64,000 bases of DNA from Chrysomallon squamiferum. Taxonomy: Eukaryota; Animalia; Mollusca. Each line of letters begins with the position of its first letter. Position 1 is the stretch's first letter. A program made the translations under genes and the position numbers. Under the pieces are notes generated by a model. It was given only the letters and a program-made list of their open reading frames with translations. It did no database searches and was not told the DNA's origin. Positions 41,489 through 55,736 of this stretch are shown in pieces. The stretch covers positions 10,726,001 through 10,790,000 of the forward strand of contig CM022669.1 in assembly GCA_012295275.1 (NCBI GenBank). Direction: 5' to 3'.

Positions 41489-42521
41489 TCGTCAAGCAAG
41501 GTAATCAAGTCATCTCTGTTTCTCTCTCTGTACGAAAGAAAAAAATACTAATGTACACAAAGACGGAATTGTCCTCGAGAAGACAGCTTTAAGTCGATTT
41601 TAAGATCTAGAATTACGTATCAGAAAACTGGAATTAATTAGACTCGGACTTAACTCAAATTAAATTAGTGACTGATATTCAGAACTCGTAACACATTCTT
41701 GCTTGCGTTTCATCTACTAACCCGCGAGTTAATAAGCCAGTTTTGATTCTGTTCAGAAATTTCAAGTAATAACTACAAAAATCAACATCAGACTGAACTA
41801 TTTCACCTAAGTAACAACTGTTGCATGTTTTCAATTTATACGTATAAGCATCCATAAAAATAGTGGTTTATAAAGTAAACACAGAGATGTCATCAACAGT
41901 TTGAGTATACTTGGGGTTAAAACAATATTTTAATGCTATTTGTATAAGCCACAAAAAAGAAATGTACGTTTTCTCCTTGGTGAGTTTCTAGATAAAAGTA
42001 AAATTACATAATTTTATTTGTTTACACATCTTTGAAGGTGGACTTGTTGTGTCGAACGTTCAGTGAATATTTATTATCATACAATGTTATTGAAGTAAAA
42101 ATATTGACCTAAACTGTTTTATGACTACTATTTATATGTTGTTTTTTTGTGTGTTTTTTTGTTGTTTTTGTTTGTTGGTTTTTTTACATTCTTGGGTTAG
42201 TTTCACTAATTAGGACTGAACGTGGGAAATTTTAATCTGAATATATCTTAATAATTGTTATTTACCGAAATTTTGTATTATTTAATATAAATCGCAAAAA
42301 ACATTTTCAGTGATTCCACGCGGCTGAATAAAGATAATATCAACTATGGAAGTTTTTTTTCTGAAACGAATCCCTGTCGATGTCACAGCCTTGCTGGAAA
42401 CTTAGATTAAGAAACAGTTTTTGCTGTAAACGAAAATCATGAACTGGGCAGAACGCTGCCGTTAACATGTTTGAATTATTAATTTTATTTCACTGAAAAC
42501 TAAAGTTTTAAAATCCGCTCC
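41489..42521 (-). pseudogene. Duplicated C-type truncated exon 1 plus about 1 kb of upstream region, lying upstream of paralog B
   Basis: Near-identical to 54651-55703. The exon 1 fragment reads ATG ACT TGA (Trp3 to stop) and has no splice donor. Confidence 0.85.
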
Positions 42522-44287
42522 AACTCATTTCTGGACAGCGTGAGACACATTAACGAAGACAATTTCAAAGATGCTCTATTGTCAGTAAATCAGGGCACAG
42601 TAGTTGACATTCAAGCGAACTGACATTGTTGTTTACTAGATACCATGTTGTATGTAACACGTGATGTGCGCGCTCAGGACGTTACCCCTGGAATAGATGA
42701 CATTTATTCTGACTTGGCTAACATGAAGTGCTGTTAGATGTAGTCACTGATCATGCACCACAGCATGACTGACACTTTCCCCACCCCATCGATCCGCCTG
42801 GACAAGGAAGTCTTTGTGGCTCGTTCTTCATACAGAAATATTTCGAGGCAGATTAATTTCGGAAGAATAATTCTTTCACTCCCATGTTGTTGTTTTGGGG
42901 TTTTCTGGTGTTTCTTTTTACTTCGTTAGGTCGTTTCCTTCAGGTTCGTATGAACCAGACTGTCTAGAGAATATTAACAGAAAAAGTAGGCATTAAAACC
43001 AAATCATTTGTTATAGAAAAATTAATATATTAAGGACGAAGTGAAAGGGAACCCATTTAATTTTATAATTATTATCTAATTTAGAATAACATTAGCCTAT
43101 TTTTATATATATATATATATATATCAATTTACCTCGAAACTAACTGGATACAAACCCGATTTCTGACCTAAAGCGAATGTAAAAAAACAACAACAACAAC
43201 ATAACAATATCGAAACCTTTCAAAACTCTATAAGGACATTTAAAAAAAACATAGAACACTTTGTGATTTGCGCTTAAAAAATGTTTAATCTATGATGATA
43301 AAGATCTTACAGTTAACATAAACAACACGCGGAAGTGTATGACTCTCAGAAAGCCATTAACGAATTATAAGAATATTTTAGTGTAAATTTGTAAAGAATG
43401 ATAAATAACACCATGGCCAGCTAAGTGCTGTAGTTGTAAACGTGTGCAACTCTGTTGATGTAATGGCGGCCATCTTGTTAATTTACACTTTACTTTTGAG
43501 GGTCTTTGCTGCAGAACTGTCAGTGACTCGACGGAGATGATTACGTTATCTTTGATATTGATACTTTTCTATATTTACACTTTGTTGATTTATCAGTTTG
43601 AGTGCGTTTACCAGTTTGTTTGAATGCTCTGCTATGTTGATCGTTATTATACGAGTGTTGTACAAAGATAATTGAGAATCAAGGTAAGGCATAACCACAT
43701 GCAGTAAACACCCTGACCGACAAACACATGGGTAAGCATACAATATTATCTCGCAATAACAAAATATTATCTCGTAATAACACAACGTTATCGCGTAATA
43801 TCGCAGTTATTATGTCTTAATTACGCATTAATATCGCGTGTTAACGCAATCCTATCTCGCATTAATGCAATAATCATCTGGCTATAAAATGCAGTGTTAT
43901 CTCGTAATAATGCAATAAATAAATATATTTTCATTTTATTTTATTTTATGTATTTATTTATTTATTATTTTTGTTTTGCTAGCAGCGGTAACGGGTTTCC
44001 ATAAAAAAAATAATATTATATAGAAATAGAACATATTTATAAAGTTATACCATGTGTTTTGTATAAGAAAAAAAAAAAAAAAAAAAAAAAATAATAATAA
44101 TAATAATAATGAAAAAAGAAAGAAAATAGGCTGTTAGAACGGAAACAGTTTTGCCAAAGAGTTAGCAAATCTAACTGAAGTTCAGCGTTTCCGAAAACAT
44201 CAGTAACTTTGCTTGATATCCCGTCAGCTAATTTGTGTTTACATCACAAAGTCAAACAGTTCGGGTAAAGCTTTTATTTAATTTGCT

Positions 44288-44577
44288 TTAAATCTTTGTT
44301 TTGTTGGTTTTATACTGGTGTATCCATTTGTCTACTAACTTGTCTAGAATTGCGAGTGGAACTGCGCCATTTCTTAGCATTATGGAATGAAACCTTCTGA
44401 CATCAAAACGTGAGCCTACAAAAAGAAAGAATGGACAAGTGAATACTATATATATATATATATATACATAAACTAACTATATATTATAAATAATTAACAA
44501 TATTGATAATAATCAATAAAAGATTGACCAAACAAATTAAAACAAATAAAGAAACAAACAAGCTAACAAATATTTTA

Positions 44578-44608
<31 letters not shown>

Positions 44609-47187
44609 TAATGATAATAATATTGATGATGGTGATATTAATAATGACGATGATGATGATGATGATGATGATAATAATAATAATAATAAGAAAGAAGAAG
44701 AAGAAAAATATCCACACCTATAACAGTAACAATACACATTTTCGTAATTCACTCTATTAGTAACATTTATTGAGATCACAACTGCTAAGGCAAATCTAAT
44801 ATAACGAGAAAAACCTAGATTATAAATAGCACTAGCTATTAGTTGAAAATGGCGATCATTCTACAACAAATACCATTTTATTTGCAAATGTAATAATATT
44901 TGAAGTAATAAAGACAACATTAATCACACTGCAATTTCATAAAGTGACTGAAAATAACAGCACTAACAACAACAGCAATAAAACTGAAAACATACTAACT
45001 AAATGAATATAATATAATATAAAATAGCAAAGACAGTAGAAAGAAGAAGAGAAACAAACCAAAGAAACAAACCCATTTCATTCTCTGCCTTCTTTCTTAG
45101 TTCCTTAAATTTGATTTCTCCAATCTTTCCTGAGCAGGCCTTTCCTGGCGTAGAAATGTAATAGTTGATTTGTTCTGTTACAAAATCTCGTGAAAAAGAA
45201 GTGTAGTTCAACATGTAGTCAATGGCCGTTGTTTTATTCCAGCTGCAAGAAAATTAAGAATACTTTTTATTATATTATACGTTATTTGACATAATAATAA
45301 TAGCACAAGTATATATGCGTACTGAAATTAGGATATATAAGTCGAATTTTCTTACTTAATATAATAGTTTCTTGATGTATATTTAAACTTTATTTTATCG
45401 TTCTTTCTTTTAAGAAAATTAAAATTATTCATTAATCTTTCTATCTGACCAGACATACTATATGGTTTAAAACGAGAAAAAAGTGATAAAAAATCAGAAG
45501 CTAATAATAATAATGACGATGATGATGTTGATGACAACGACGATGACCATGATGATGCTGATGCATGGGAATAATTATGTTATATCAGTGATTATGATGA
45601 TGATGACGATCATAATGGTGATGGTGACAGTAATAACATGTTTTGCTTATATTATTCCACTATCATTGTCATCAAAGCATTTATTCTTACCGTGAATAGT
45701 GGATTCCAGTATCTACAACCAACCGACAAGCACGAAATATTTCCATTTTATAACGACCCATACTGAAATTTAGTAATATGTTAATTTCTTCATGAAATAT
45801 TCACTGAACTTTAAAACATTATTAACTGATATTAAATCCAAAAACTGTGATGTTTTTATGATGATGATAATATGAGAGGGAAACTCCTTGAGAACTACAA
45901 CAGCACAGCAAAACCTGGAACGATACAAACTAAGCATAGAAGGAGCAGAACTGATACTGTTTCTCAAAACAAATGAGCTCTTACAACAGTCAGAGCACAC
46001 TACACATTATAATAAGACTAACATTACAATTAGAAAATATTTTAATAATAATAGCATTACCCTTAGGATAATATTTATATAATGTTAAAATTACAATTAA
46101 GATAATATTTGAACAATATTAACAATAAAATAAGGATAATATTTGAACAATATTAACAATAAAATTAGGATAATAGTTGAACTAGATTAATCTTACAGTT
46201 AGGATTATATTTGATTTAGACCAAAATTACAGTTAGGACAATGTTTTAATAAATTTAAAATTCCAGTTAGAATAACAAGTGAAAAACAACATTAAAGCTG
46301 GACTACATACATCTCATAATCGTCTTTGTACACACCCATTTCCTCCCCTAGGTACTCTGCATACTGCTTCCAACCCTGGAACAAGAAGAAAAACATTAAA
46401 ATAATGGATATTAATATTATTTTCTCAAACATACGGTTAACAGTTCATGTATTCATATGTATGTACTATGAATATAAGGATGCATCTTTTTTATTATTAT
46501 TTTAATATTATTTTATTTTATTTTATTTTATTTTTGTATCCTCCTTTATTAATTAAAAATTGCAGTGAAAAAATAAAATAAAATAAAAACCTTTAAAAAA
46601 CGTACAATATATTTCAGCTGATTCTTGTTACCACTAAACCTGAGACAGCTTCCAAATAATTACATACTTATTTCTACAAAAGACAGCAAATACATGATCA
46701 TGAAGGGAATATGGTAAAGATTCCAATAATCTCTTCAAACCAAGTTTGCTTTATCCACATTATTGCAGTCAGTAACAATTATAAATTGGTGAAATATGTA
46801 CAAACACAGTATCACGATTATTTCACAAGAACAAAAGTTTGAAGTTCTAAAACAGACACAAGACAAAAGGTAGACCAACTTACCTCGAGATACGCTATGT
46901 ATATTGGTAACTTCATCGGTATATCAGAAGGATCCCAAAAATCTGTATTTTTACGAAAAGAAGGCAAATTTGCCCTCAAAGAATAACTGGTCTGAAATTA
47001 AATTAAGAGTATATTTATTTTTAAATTAGTCGAGGTAAACGTTTTTGTTACAGTGAAAGATGTACAGTAAAATTATAAATTCCAAACTCTTCATACCTGT
47101 AGATGATGTCCTGGTACTCCTTCATGTACTGTAATAGCTGGCATATCTGTAGTTGTACTGAAAAAAAGAACAGACAGGTGTAGATAC

Positions 47188-47279
<92 letters not shown>

Positions 47280-49354
47280 TTAAACCAAAGTTATTAATAT
47301 TATTATCATGTTTGTTAAAGCAATTGTTAATATTGTTCTTATTTCTTAACATTATATTAGTAATTATCAGTTTTGTTATTGCTATTATTTTATATATGTT
47401 ATTTCATATTGTCCAGTTTTTTCATTCTCACGTTTCCTCTGGATATCTCACACCTGCGGCAAACACTCCGGGTTTTTTCCCATCTTCCGATCCTGGCCTG
47501 TATTCAGCACCAGCCCCACCGTATTTCATACCTTCTACTCTGAAAAATTGTAAGTAAGCTTGAAATGTACTTATGGTGTGTTCACGTTTATAATGGATGT
47601 ATTTATTTCAATGTGATAAAAAGGTTAGTCTGGAATAAATAAAATACTCTCGGAGTCACTGTTCTGATAGTGAAGGCTGGAATTATAAATATATGATTTT
47701 TGTGTATGGTTTTGTCAGACTGCTCTCTCTCTATTATCAAGAAGGATAAATGTGCAAAATCGTGGATAATGTTTTATATGTTGATATGTTGATAAATTGC
47801 CAAACTTCTCAGTATAAAAAGAAAAATCATGTTGTAGAAAAATTGTGAAAGAATAATTAAATCGTAATTATTCTTTGTGTAATAATGCATTGTGTGCATG
47901 GGGAATGGATGCAGATTTATAAATTAGTTATAGCATTTGGAATATTGGGACAGTATCTGTTTTGCTTTGTTTTGTTCTGTTGTTAATCATTATTTCTTTT
48001 TTTTGGCTGGGGTCAAATGTTTAAGAATGTATGATTATGAAGATTCTTACTTGAGTGTCATATTAGGAATATTTTCAAACAATCCGTCAAGTTTAGGATA
48101 CGCTCTTTTATAAACAATGTCTTTGTATCGCTGCAGCAGAGCTTCCTGTAAACAATAATAACTGAAACAATGATAATGATGATGATAATGATAATAAAAA
48201 TGATGATGTTGACAGGATTTAATTATAAACAATAATAATAACTGCATCCCTGACAACAGCATTGAAAAATAAGGACAGTGACGACAGTATATGACAATAT
48301 TAACAGTAAAACCACTGACAAACACTTGAGTAACACGAAAGAACAAGAAGAAGAACAACAACAGCAACGTACAAAAAGTAAATCAGTTGCTATTAATATG
48401 AGATTAAGTAATTATGAGAGATGAAATTATTATACATTTATGAACACACAGCTAATAACTTGTTAGCCTCAAAACGAATAATATATATAAATACTAGAAA
48501 TGGTGAATAGTTATGTACTCACGGAAGAGTTCAAATGGAATCGCGGGTCGTTACGCAACATTTTCAGAAACTCTCGTATTGTCTTTGAAGATCCGAGTTT
48601 CTTGACAAGCTGAATAAGGTAAAGTGAAAACCATAAATACCTGCCACAGATATCGTCATTACAGAATTAACATCGTAATCGAAATTATAATACTCAGTGA
48701 AAATTACAATTGTGGTCCTGAAAAGATAAACAATACACTTGTCTGATTTAAAAACAGATATTCTAATGTTATTATATTATTGTTCTAAGTGCTCGGGTTA
48801 CCAATACCTTTTTCATCTTTTCGGATATTCGCTTTACTTCATCCAAGCCGAGCTGATGAACTTGCTCTGGACTGATATCTGTTGTGAGGTGCCATTTTAA
48901 AACGTCTTTGTAGTAATCGCGTCCATTTTCCAAAGACCATAAACCCTCATATTTCCGGGTATGCTTCATATATTTCTGCATTAATCGATATTATAAATAC
49001 AATGTTGAAATTACTGCCGTTGCTGCTGTTACTAGCATTAATACTACTACTACCACAACGTCTACTACACCTCCTGCTCCTCGTTCTACTACCGTTATCA
49101 CTACTTCAGCTGCTACTCTTTCTGCTCCTGTTATTACCAGTACTACCACTATTACTTGTATTACTACTACTACTCCTTCTCCTACTTCCATTAGTACTAG
49201 CACTACAAATACTACTGCTTCTACAACTTCTAGTAATATTATTATTATTATTACTGTTACTGCTACGGTATATATACATATAAAAATATGTGCACACGTG
49301 TATTTGTATATTATTGTCTGTTTCTGTATATGTCTTTGTATGTGTCTTTGTGTA

Positions 49355-49385
<31 letters not shown>

Positions 49386-52300
49386 ATCTATGTATTTATG
49401 TACTGTATATATTACATGTATGCATATATGTATAGAGAAACTTACACTGACTAAAAAATTTCGAAGTTTTCTGTACGCTTCGACTGCTTCTGTTATTGCT
49501 AATAAACTCTCATTTTCAATGTCATTTCTGTAAAGGTAATTAATGAAATTGATGTTTATTTCTGCAAACATTTTCAGTACAAAAGAAAGGAAAAACTCAG
49601 AATGTATTTTCTCTCTTTAATCTAATTAGTACTCTCTCTCTCTGACTGTCTTTCTATGTCTCTATTTCTGACTCTTTTTGTCTGTTTCTCTATCTGTCAT
49701 ATATGTCTGCATATTTATACATACACTCACACACACAGGAATAAATAGATAGATCGATAGAAAGATAGATAGATGGAAAGATTGATATACAGATATTGTC
49801 ATATACGTATATCCACTCTGTATCGATCTATCCTCTATCTATTGGCCTGTTTTTTTCTGTCAGTCTCTCTCTGTATTTAGCATTATTTTGTGGAACAAAA
49901 CAACAAATGTTTTCAGTGTATACCTACCTCTGTACTTTTGTTAAGTTGAATTTATCTAGCATGTATTTCATTCCATTACTGAGTTGTGATGGCGTTGTGT
50001 GATTTAGTATCAAATGTTCAATGTCTTTCTTAACACTTTCCTGTATTTATATATAAAACAAAATGGTAGATAATTGATTTTTGATCAGGTTAGTTTCTTC
50101 ACATTTAAACACAGTTAATATAATTTTCTTTCAGTGGAAAATATATTTCATGGTACAAATTAAGGATTCGTTAAATAAAACAAAGTTGGTGGTAATGAAG
50201 TAAATTATTAGAACTATAATTGTTGCGATCACCGACAACAGAAAACCCTTTTCCTCGTTTCTAAACACTTCCAAACAGTTGAGAAAATATTTTCTTTTTC
50301 TTTTGTGAAATCCTCGGTGTTATTACCAACGTGAAAAATCTTTATTAAAAACAGAAGTTTGGTTTTTACCACGGTGATCTTGTGTAGTGTGTGATTCTCC
50401 TTAATAGCTGTTTCCATCAAACGAATCATTTCGTCCACCTTAGTGAAATACGTATAAGTAAAAAAGTAAGTAATTAAGTAAGTAAATAAGTAAGTAAATA
50501 AAATATGATGAAATAATGGGAAAAAATAATTTATTTATATATATTTGTTGCATAAGATAACATTTCTTCTAAAGGTATTACCTGAACAGGTATTTTTTTC
50601 AAACGCACAATAATATTTAAAAAATCTTTGAAGGTACTTGTTGGCATGTTGTTAAAGAAACGTGGCCCACGTAGATCTTCACTGACAGTCAAAGGATTTA
50701 CTGGCCCATACCTGAAAAACAACACCAAAGAAGCCCACATATAATGCATGTATGTATGTATTTTATTGAATTTTTTCTGTCTTACGTATGTCAGACTGGC
50801 TTTGTCTTAAATCGGAAGAGGTAGAAGTCAGCAAAACGTTAAGTGCTCAGACTCGAATACTGTCTGGCCAATCAGCGAGCTCCTCTCAGCGACATCGTGT
50901 CTCCATGCGTTGGGAAGAATTTCATTTTATAATTGTCTTTTGTACAGATGGAAGATTACAGACATTCAGTGATGAAAAGAAACAGTTTAAATATATTGTG
51001 CATCCTTCGAATTATTAATTTTCGGCCAGTATGTAAAAAAATATTTATATTATAAATAAATGAATAATTAAACAAATAATAAGGATAATAATAAAACAAG
51101 ATCACTTTATAAACTATTTTCTTTTTTCGCTTTAAAAGTAGAACATTTTGTTCTTCTATTGCAGTAAAACACGAATGCACACATACCCATAGACACATAC
51201 ATATCTGCATATATACATTCATACATGATATAAATTAACATATCTGCATATATACATTCATACATGTTATAAATTAACATAGAGAAACACAAATAAAGGA
51301 TGCGTAGGTGGCTGAACGGTAACATCGTCCGCTCTCAAGACAACCTTATATGTATGCATGTATGTATGTATGTATGTATGTATGTATGTATGTATGTATG
51401 TATGTATGTATGTATGTATGTATGTATGTATGTATGTATGTATGTATGCATGTATGTATGTATGTATGTATGTATGTATGTATGTATGTATGTATGTATG
51501 TATGTATGTATGTATGTATGTATGTATGTATGTATGTATGTATGTATGTATGTATTTATGTATGTATTTATGTATGAATATATGTATGTATGTGTTTATT
51601 TACATTGTTATGTATGTATGAATATATGTATGTATGTGTTTATTTACATTGTTACGTAAACTAAATACGTGATCCATTGCAGGTGTATGAATTTGACGTC
51701 ATATGTAAATTTCGCATTAACTTGTCAGCTAATCGAAGGAAGAATTACAAGGATGTCCTGACAATATGAGGGAAATAAAATTAATCAATTAAACATCGTA
51801 TTAAACTGCTGATATATAAAAAACCGTTTAAAACTTACTTTGAGTTGCGACTTATTTTCTTATATTGGGTAACATTCACAGTTGTACTCACTTAACCCAT
51901 TTGTAGCCATTAGTGTAGGTTTCCAGCGCATACTTGAAGATTTCGTAGTCGATCTGTTGTTTCTGATTCAGTTTCTCCTTATCAATATTTTTCAGTAGTC
52001 TTAGGAAAAACAGAAACTTTTCCTAAATAGAAATTAGACAAACATGAACAAACAACAGAACTTTAACTGTCACTTAGATTTCATTCATATTGTTTTTGTT
52101 ACAAACTGCTCTTACAGTGATATGCAGTACATTCATACAGTGATTATAAAGTACATTAAAACATTAATATTAACCTGTACACATACGTACATTAAAAACT
52201 CCTACAGATCATGTAATACACATACACACACACACATATACAGACATTTATATATGAGTGCGTCTGTGCATATGTTCACATGAATATATAGTTATACATA

Positions 52301-54675
52301 TATACCTGCCTTCCTGTCTTTCTACAAACAAAACTGAGGCATATCTGCACGTATCTATCTATGTGTTTGTATGTTTGTATGTATGTATGTATGTATGTAT
52401 GTATGTATGTATGTATGTATGTATGTATGTATGTATGTATGTATGTGTGTGTATATATATACACATATCCGTACATACATTAGTAGATACATTTAGACAT
52501 ATAAACACATATTCGTAATTCCATTTGTAACATACATACATACATGCATACATACATACATACATACATGCATACATACATACACATACATACATACATT
52601 TATGCATATTTATGTCTCATTGACTACACGTTAATTCATGCTAACCTTTCTTCTGGAAAATTCGTTCAGTGATAATTCCTCTAAACGACTGTTGAATGTT
52701 TGTATGCCAACATCGGTAGCGAATTCGGGATTTTTGCACATGTACCATTCGACGAACCAGTTTTGAAGACGCTGCAGATCTTGAGCGACGTCAGCTGAAA
52801 ATGATTTTAAATTTTTGATATAAATTTAATAGCATTATCAATCTATAATAACGTACGTATGTACTCACGTGATTGCATGTGCACGTATGTATGTATGTAT
52901 GTATGTATGAATGAATGAATTTGAAAAATCAAATTACTTAGATTATAAAGTATTTGTTAAACCCATGGACACCCACCAACTGCTGCATTGCAAATCATTT
53001 CATGCCCATCATACATTTAAAGGTATCGTTAAATCTCAAGTCGTTAGATTCCACAGAAATTCGAGTAACAAAGAAAAATTTAAATAATGCCTGTTCAGTT
53101 CTATTTTGTGCTCTAAAATCGAGAGGTTATTCAAAAAGAGTTCTAAAGGAAATTAAATCTGAAACCGTCATAGAATTAGATAAACCCTTGTATCCAACAG
53201 ACACATGTTAAGCCATTTAAAGTCCAACATAATATTCCATCTCAATGGGGTACCGGATCTACAGCGATCTTCAAAAAGACCAGATTCAGGCTGCACAACA
53301 TAATAAAATCTCAGTCTACGTTCAGTAGCGAACAAACAAAAAGTGAATATCAAATCCGAACTAACTTAGACTGCGATCCCAAAAACTTTGTGTATTTGAT
53401 GACATGCAACTTGTGTAAAAAAACAATACGTCGGCCAAACACAAAATATGTTACGAGTCAGAACTGCTTGTCACGAATACGATATTAGGCATGAAGTTGA
53501 CATTGCTGTCGCCAAACACTTTAACCTACCTGGTCCTATGTTGGAGGATCATTTTGACATAATCCCAATAGAACAAACGCCCATTCTCGAGTCCAAAACT
53601 GAAACTGATCTTTTTGGATTCGCACATTACAAACCCCAAAACCATTTGGAATAAATGTTGAATCGGACAAATGTAAAAAGAGAGATAAAATAATTTACCC
53701 AATAATTTACAGTCGCCGCAACGTTGACATTGGTACAGTTATGAAGGAGCAATATTTTAACTTACAGACTACTATGAAAAATCCACTAACAGCACGACCC
53801 GTCATAGCTTACAGAAAAACCTCAAGTCTAAAATACATTTTAGTCTCTACGGGATTTTCTGAATAATACGTCTATCCAAAGGATTTACGAATTAATTCTA
53901 TAAAAAGTACGGACATGTTTTAAGACATTTTCAAAGGATATCTCCTGAATAGTGTTTAAAATAGTTTTAAATAGGTTTTTGTCATATATTGGTTTCTAGA
54001 AGGGTATTGGTATTAAATGTCACAATATTTTTAAGAATATTTTTTAGAAAGGATACTTTCTAAATAGTTTTTGAAATGGTTTTAAATAGATTTAGAGATG
54101 TCTTGCACTATAAAATGTAATGTTAAACATGTCTGAACGCTTCTGCATGTAGTTTTAAAAGGTTTCATACATGTAAATAAATGTTGTTTTTTCTTTTTAA
54201 TATAATAACAAACTAATAATTATATAGACAAAGGACCAAGGCACACTGTAATAAACATTACAATGATCAATTTTAAGTTAAATCGAATCCGTAGAGATAA
54301 AATTAAAACATGCTTAAATTTTTTAAGTAATAAAAGAATTTCATGTGCCAGTATGTTCTTTAATTCATATATATATGTGTGTGTGTGTGTGTGTGTTTGT
54401 ATATGTATGTATGTGTGTATGTATGTATATATATGTAGCTATGTATTTATATATGAATGTGTGTGTGTGTGTTTTTCTCTGAATATAATACTGCAAGCAC
54501 TAAATAATGACTACTTTAACAAATTTATATTTTACAGCAGACAAATATATTAACACAAGCCGTATGAAACAAACTTTTTTTGAGTGAAAATGATCAAAGT
54601 ATTTTCTAAAAGTAACTTACCGCATCCGACAGTTATAAGCAAAAAGCAAATCGTCAAGCAAGGTAACCAAGTCAT
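44288..54675 (-). CDS. Secreted DUF885-family protein, paralog C (17 coding exons, 596 aa)
   Basis: Exons 54621-54675, 52646-52794, 51892-52022, 50582-50711, 50370-50438, 49928-50040, 49446-49527, 48808-48975, 48523-48609, 48051-48145, 47432-47539, 47097-47157, 46884-46991, 46311-46375, 45691-45762, 45073-45242, 44288-44415. GT-AG introns, total 1791 nt. Signal peptide MTWLPCLTICFLLITVGC. HEGVPGHHLQ intact, but EGWKQYAE and PGKACSGKIG. Confidence 0.92.
51350..51560. repeat. (TATG)n tetranucleotide microsatellite
   Basis: About 50 near-perfect TATG units in intron 3 of paralog C. Confidence 0.95.
52921..53865 (+). mobile_element. 5'-truncated Penelope-like retroelement (RT C-terminus plus GIY-YIG endonuclease), degenerate
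   Basis: Translates to LDYKVFVKPMDTHQLLHCKSFHAHHTFKGIVKSQVVRFHR, then NFVYLMTCNLCKK/QYVGQTQNMLRVR..HEYDIR..VAKHFN..FWIRTLQT..P.GIN, with frameshifts. Lies in intron 1 of paralog C, antisense to the gene. Confidence 0.85.
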
Positions 54676-55338
54676 CTCTGTTTCTCTCTCTGTACGAAAG
54701 AAAGAAAATACTAATGTACACAAAGACGGAATTGTCCTCGAGAAGACAGCTTTAAGTCGATTTTAAGATCTAGAATTACTTATCAGAAAACTGGAATTAA
54801 TTAGACTCGGACTTAACTCAAATTAAATTAGTGACTGATATTCAGAACTCGTAACACATTCTTGCTTGCGTTTCATCTACTAACCCGCGAGTTAATAAGC
54901 CAGTTTTGATTCTGTTCAGAAATTTCAAGTAATAACTACAAAAATCAACATCAGACTGAACTATTTCACCTAAGTAACAACTATTGCACGTTTTCAATTT
55001 ATATATATAAGCATCCATAAAAATAGTGGTTTATAAAGTAAACACAGAGATGTCATCAACAGTTTGTGTACACTTGGGGTTAAAACAATATTTCAATGCT
55101 ATATGTAAAAACCTCAAAAAATAAATGTGCGTTTTCTCCTTGGTGAGTTTCTAGATAAAAGTAAAATTACATAATTTTATTTGTTTACACATCTTTGAAG
55201 GTGGACTTGTTGTGTCGAACGTTCAGTGTATATTTATCATCATACAATGTTACTGAAGTAAAAATATTGACCTAAACTGTTTTATGACTACTTTTTATAT
55301 GTTGGTTTTTTTGTGTGTGTGTTTTTTTTTGTGTGTGT

Positions 55339-55373
<35 letters not shown>

Positions 55374-55736
55374 TTCTTGGGTTAGTTTCACTAATTAGGA
55401 CTGAACGTGGGAAATTTTAATCTGAATATATCTTAATAATTGTTATTTACTGATTTTTTATTGTTTAATATAAATCGCAAAAAACATTTTGAATAATTCC
55501 ACGCGGCTGAATAAAGATAATATCAACTATGGAAGTTTTTTTCTGAAACGAATCCCTGTCGATGTCACAGCCTTGCTGGAAACTTAGATTACGAAACAGT
55601 TTTTGCTGTAAACGAAAATCATGAACTGGGCAGAACGCTGCCGTTAACATGTTTGAATTATTAATTTTATTTCACTGAAAACTAAAGTTTTAAAATCCGC
55701 TCCATCACCATCCAGTTTTCATTTTAATTCATGTCC

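Noticed and set aside
42525-42830. GC-richer, coding-looking stretch between paralogs B and C
   Set aside because: The best frame has several stops and no motif I recognise. Probably a decayed repeat; a translated search is needed.
43740-44002. Short ATTATCTCG..ATAA repeats ending in GCTAGCAGCGGTAACGGGTTTCCATA
   Set aside because: Looks like a transposon end with subterminal repeats, but I found no matching opposite end or TSD, so it is not called.
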